Both the position numbers and the translations under genes were made by a program. A stretch of DNA of 64,000 nt from Tubiluchus corallicola (Eukaryota > Animalia > Priapulida): positions 62,001-126,000 of the forward strand of contig JAQGDQ010000471.1 of the NCBI GenBank assembly GCA_030141605.1, written 5' to 3'. Below the pieces are notes generated by a model. That model was not told where the DNA came from, made no database searches, and saw only the letters and a program-made list of their open reading frames with translations. Shown here one piece after another: positions 62,049 to 64,000 of the stretch (positions within the stretch are counted from its first letter, which is position 1; each line of letters begins with the position of its first letter).

Positions 62049-64000
62049 GTACAAACGTCACTAAGGAAGATCGACTCCGACATATTAGCCGGCGAGTAAA
62101 ACCAAAAAAAAATTCCCCATTGAAAACGACAAGAAAAAGAAACAGTAATACATAATATCAGCATAAACAAATTAATCACTATCAAATAGAAAGCAATTCC
62201 ATGTACTCTAGAGCAGTGGTTCGTAACCTGGGTTCGATCGAACCCTAGGGGTTCGGTGAGTCGATCTCAGGGGTTCGGCAGAGCCTCCGCCGCAGAGGTC
62301 CGGACACACTTGAATTATCGCGTAAATTCGCGATGACACACATGCCCCGCTTGGCCATCACTGGCTGCAGATGATCATGCTACACAAATGAACAAGTATC
62401 CAGTTATTGCTAAGAAAGCCCTGGATTTTTTTATACCATTTGTTACAACATATCTTTGTGAGCAATTCTTTTCGAGGATGCTGGACATAAAAACGAAGAA
62501 AAGGAACAGACTTTGCTGTGAAATGACATGAGAGTGGCACTTGCCAAGGTAAAGCCACGCATATCTGAACTGGTCTCTCAAAGGCAACAGCAGAAGTCAC
62601 ACTGATTTGCAGGTACGTAATTTGTTGTGAGTTTATGCATTGTGTTGGTTTTGTTCTTTGAACAAGGTGATGTTCATGCACGGCTCATTTTGTGTACCAG
62701 TAAAAAACATATCTATGTCTTGAATTTGAAAAAAATCATATTTTATTTTTCACTAAAGAGGGGTTCGGTGAATGCGCAAATGAAACTGGTGGGGTTCGGT
62801 ACCTCCAACAAGGTTAAGAACCACTGCTCTAGAGTAATAACTCTGCAGTACAAACGTGACTAAGGAAGATCGACTCCGACATATTAGCCGGCGAGTAAAA
62901 CCAAAAAAATTCCCCATTGAAAACGACAAGAAAAACAAACAGTAATACATAATATCAGCATAAACAAATTAATCACTATCAAATAGAAAGCAATTCCATG
63001 TACTCTAGAGCAGTGGTTCTTAGCCTGGGTTCGATCGAACCCTAGGGGTTCGGTGAGTCGATCTCAGGGGTTCGGCAGAGCCTCCGCCACAGAGGTCTGG
63101 ACACACTTGAATTATCGTGTAAATTCGCGATGACACACATGCCCCGCTTGGCCATCACTGGCTGCAGATGATCATGCTACACAAATGAACAAGTATCCAG
63201 TTATTGCTAAGAAAGCCCTGGATTTTTTTATACCATTTGTTACAACATATCTTTGTGAGCAATTCTTTTCGAGGATGCTGGACATAAAAACGAAGAAAAG
63301 GAACAGACTTTGCTGTGAAATGACATGAGAGTGGCACTTGCCAAGGTAAAGCCACGCATATCTGAACTGGTCTCTCAAAGGCAACAGCAGAAGTCACACT
63401 GATTTGCAGGTACGTAATTTGTTGTGAGTTTATGCCTTGTGTTGGTTTTGTTCTTTGAACAAGGTGATGTTCATGCACGGCTCATTTTGTGTACCAGTAA
63501 AAAACATATCTATGTCTTGAATTTGAAAAAAATCATATTTTATTTTTCACTAAAGAGGGGTTCGGTGAATGCGCAAATGAAACTGGTGGGGTTCGGTACC
63601 TCCAACAAGGTTAAGAACCACTGCTCTAGAGTAATAACTCTGCAGTACAAACGTGACTAAGGAAGATCGACTCCAACATATTAGCCGGCGAGTAAAACCA
63701 AAAAAATTCCCCATTGAAAACGACAAGAAAAACAAACAGTAATACATAATATCAGCATAAACAAATTAATCACTATCAAATAGAAAGCAATTCCATGTAC
63801 TCTAGAGCAGTGGTTCTTAACATGGGTTCGATCGAACCCTAGGGGTTTGGTGAGTCGATCTCAGGGGTTCGGCAGAGCCTCCGCCGCAGAGGTCTGGACA
63901 CACTTGAATTATCGTGTAAATTCGCGATGACACACATGCCCTGCTTGGCCATCACTGGCTGCAGATGATCATGCTACACAAATGAACAAGTATCCAGTTA
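62049..64000 (+). repeat. Tandem array, 797-bp period (hAT element plus ~184 bp flank); elements start at 62214, 63011 and 63808 and the array runs off the window
   Basis: Near-identical units including flanks and TSDs. Confidence 0.95.
62214..62826 (+). mobile_element. 613-bp internally deleted hAT (Buster/Charlie-type) element, copy 1
   Basis: TIRs cagtggttc ... gaaccactg; perfect TSD ctctagag; transposase C-terminus KYPVIAKKALDFFIPFVTTYLCEQFFSRMLDIKTKKRNRL..DMRVALAKVKPRISELVSQRQQQKSH*. Confidence 0.93.

Overview
AT-rich, intron-containing animal (probably invertebrate) genomic DNA, rich in microsatellites and transposon remnants. No prokaryotic features, rRNA, intact tRNA or CRISPR were seen. 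Main contents: (1) the 3' exons of an unidentified gene; (2) a NACHT-WD40 (NWD/NLR-type) gene with a putative MLKL-like four-helix N-terminal domain, disrupted by two in-frame TGA codons and one frameshift (11131-16091); (3) a spliced 146-aa alpha/beta, possibly TIR-like gene missed by the ORF track (19816-28270); (4) a tandem segmental duplication (~29.5-37.2 kb and ~37.5-51.7 kb), each unit holding a C-type lectin pseudo-exon, Polinton-like polymerase remnants and an intronless 742-aa cadherin-like membrane gene, with the two cadherins differing only in the signal peptide and ectodomain; (5) an intact atypical secreted C-type lectin gene (57176-58448); (6) pogo, hAT, RTE and CR1/L2 elements, foldback repeats, a 72-bp minisatellite and a 797-bp tandem array of a hAT element plus flank. 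The region reads as a fast-evolving recognition/immunity-type cluster (inference). Family calls come from motifs read by eye; no database searches were run, and counts and repeat boundaries are manual and approximate.
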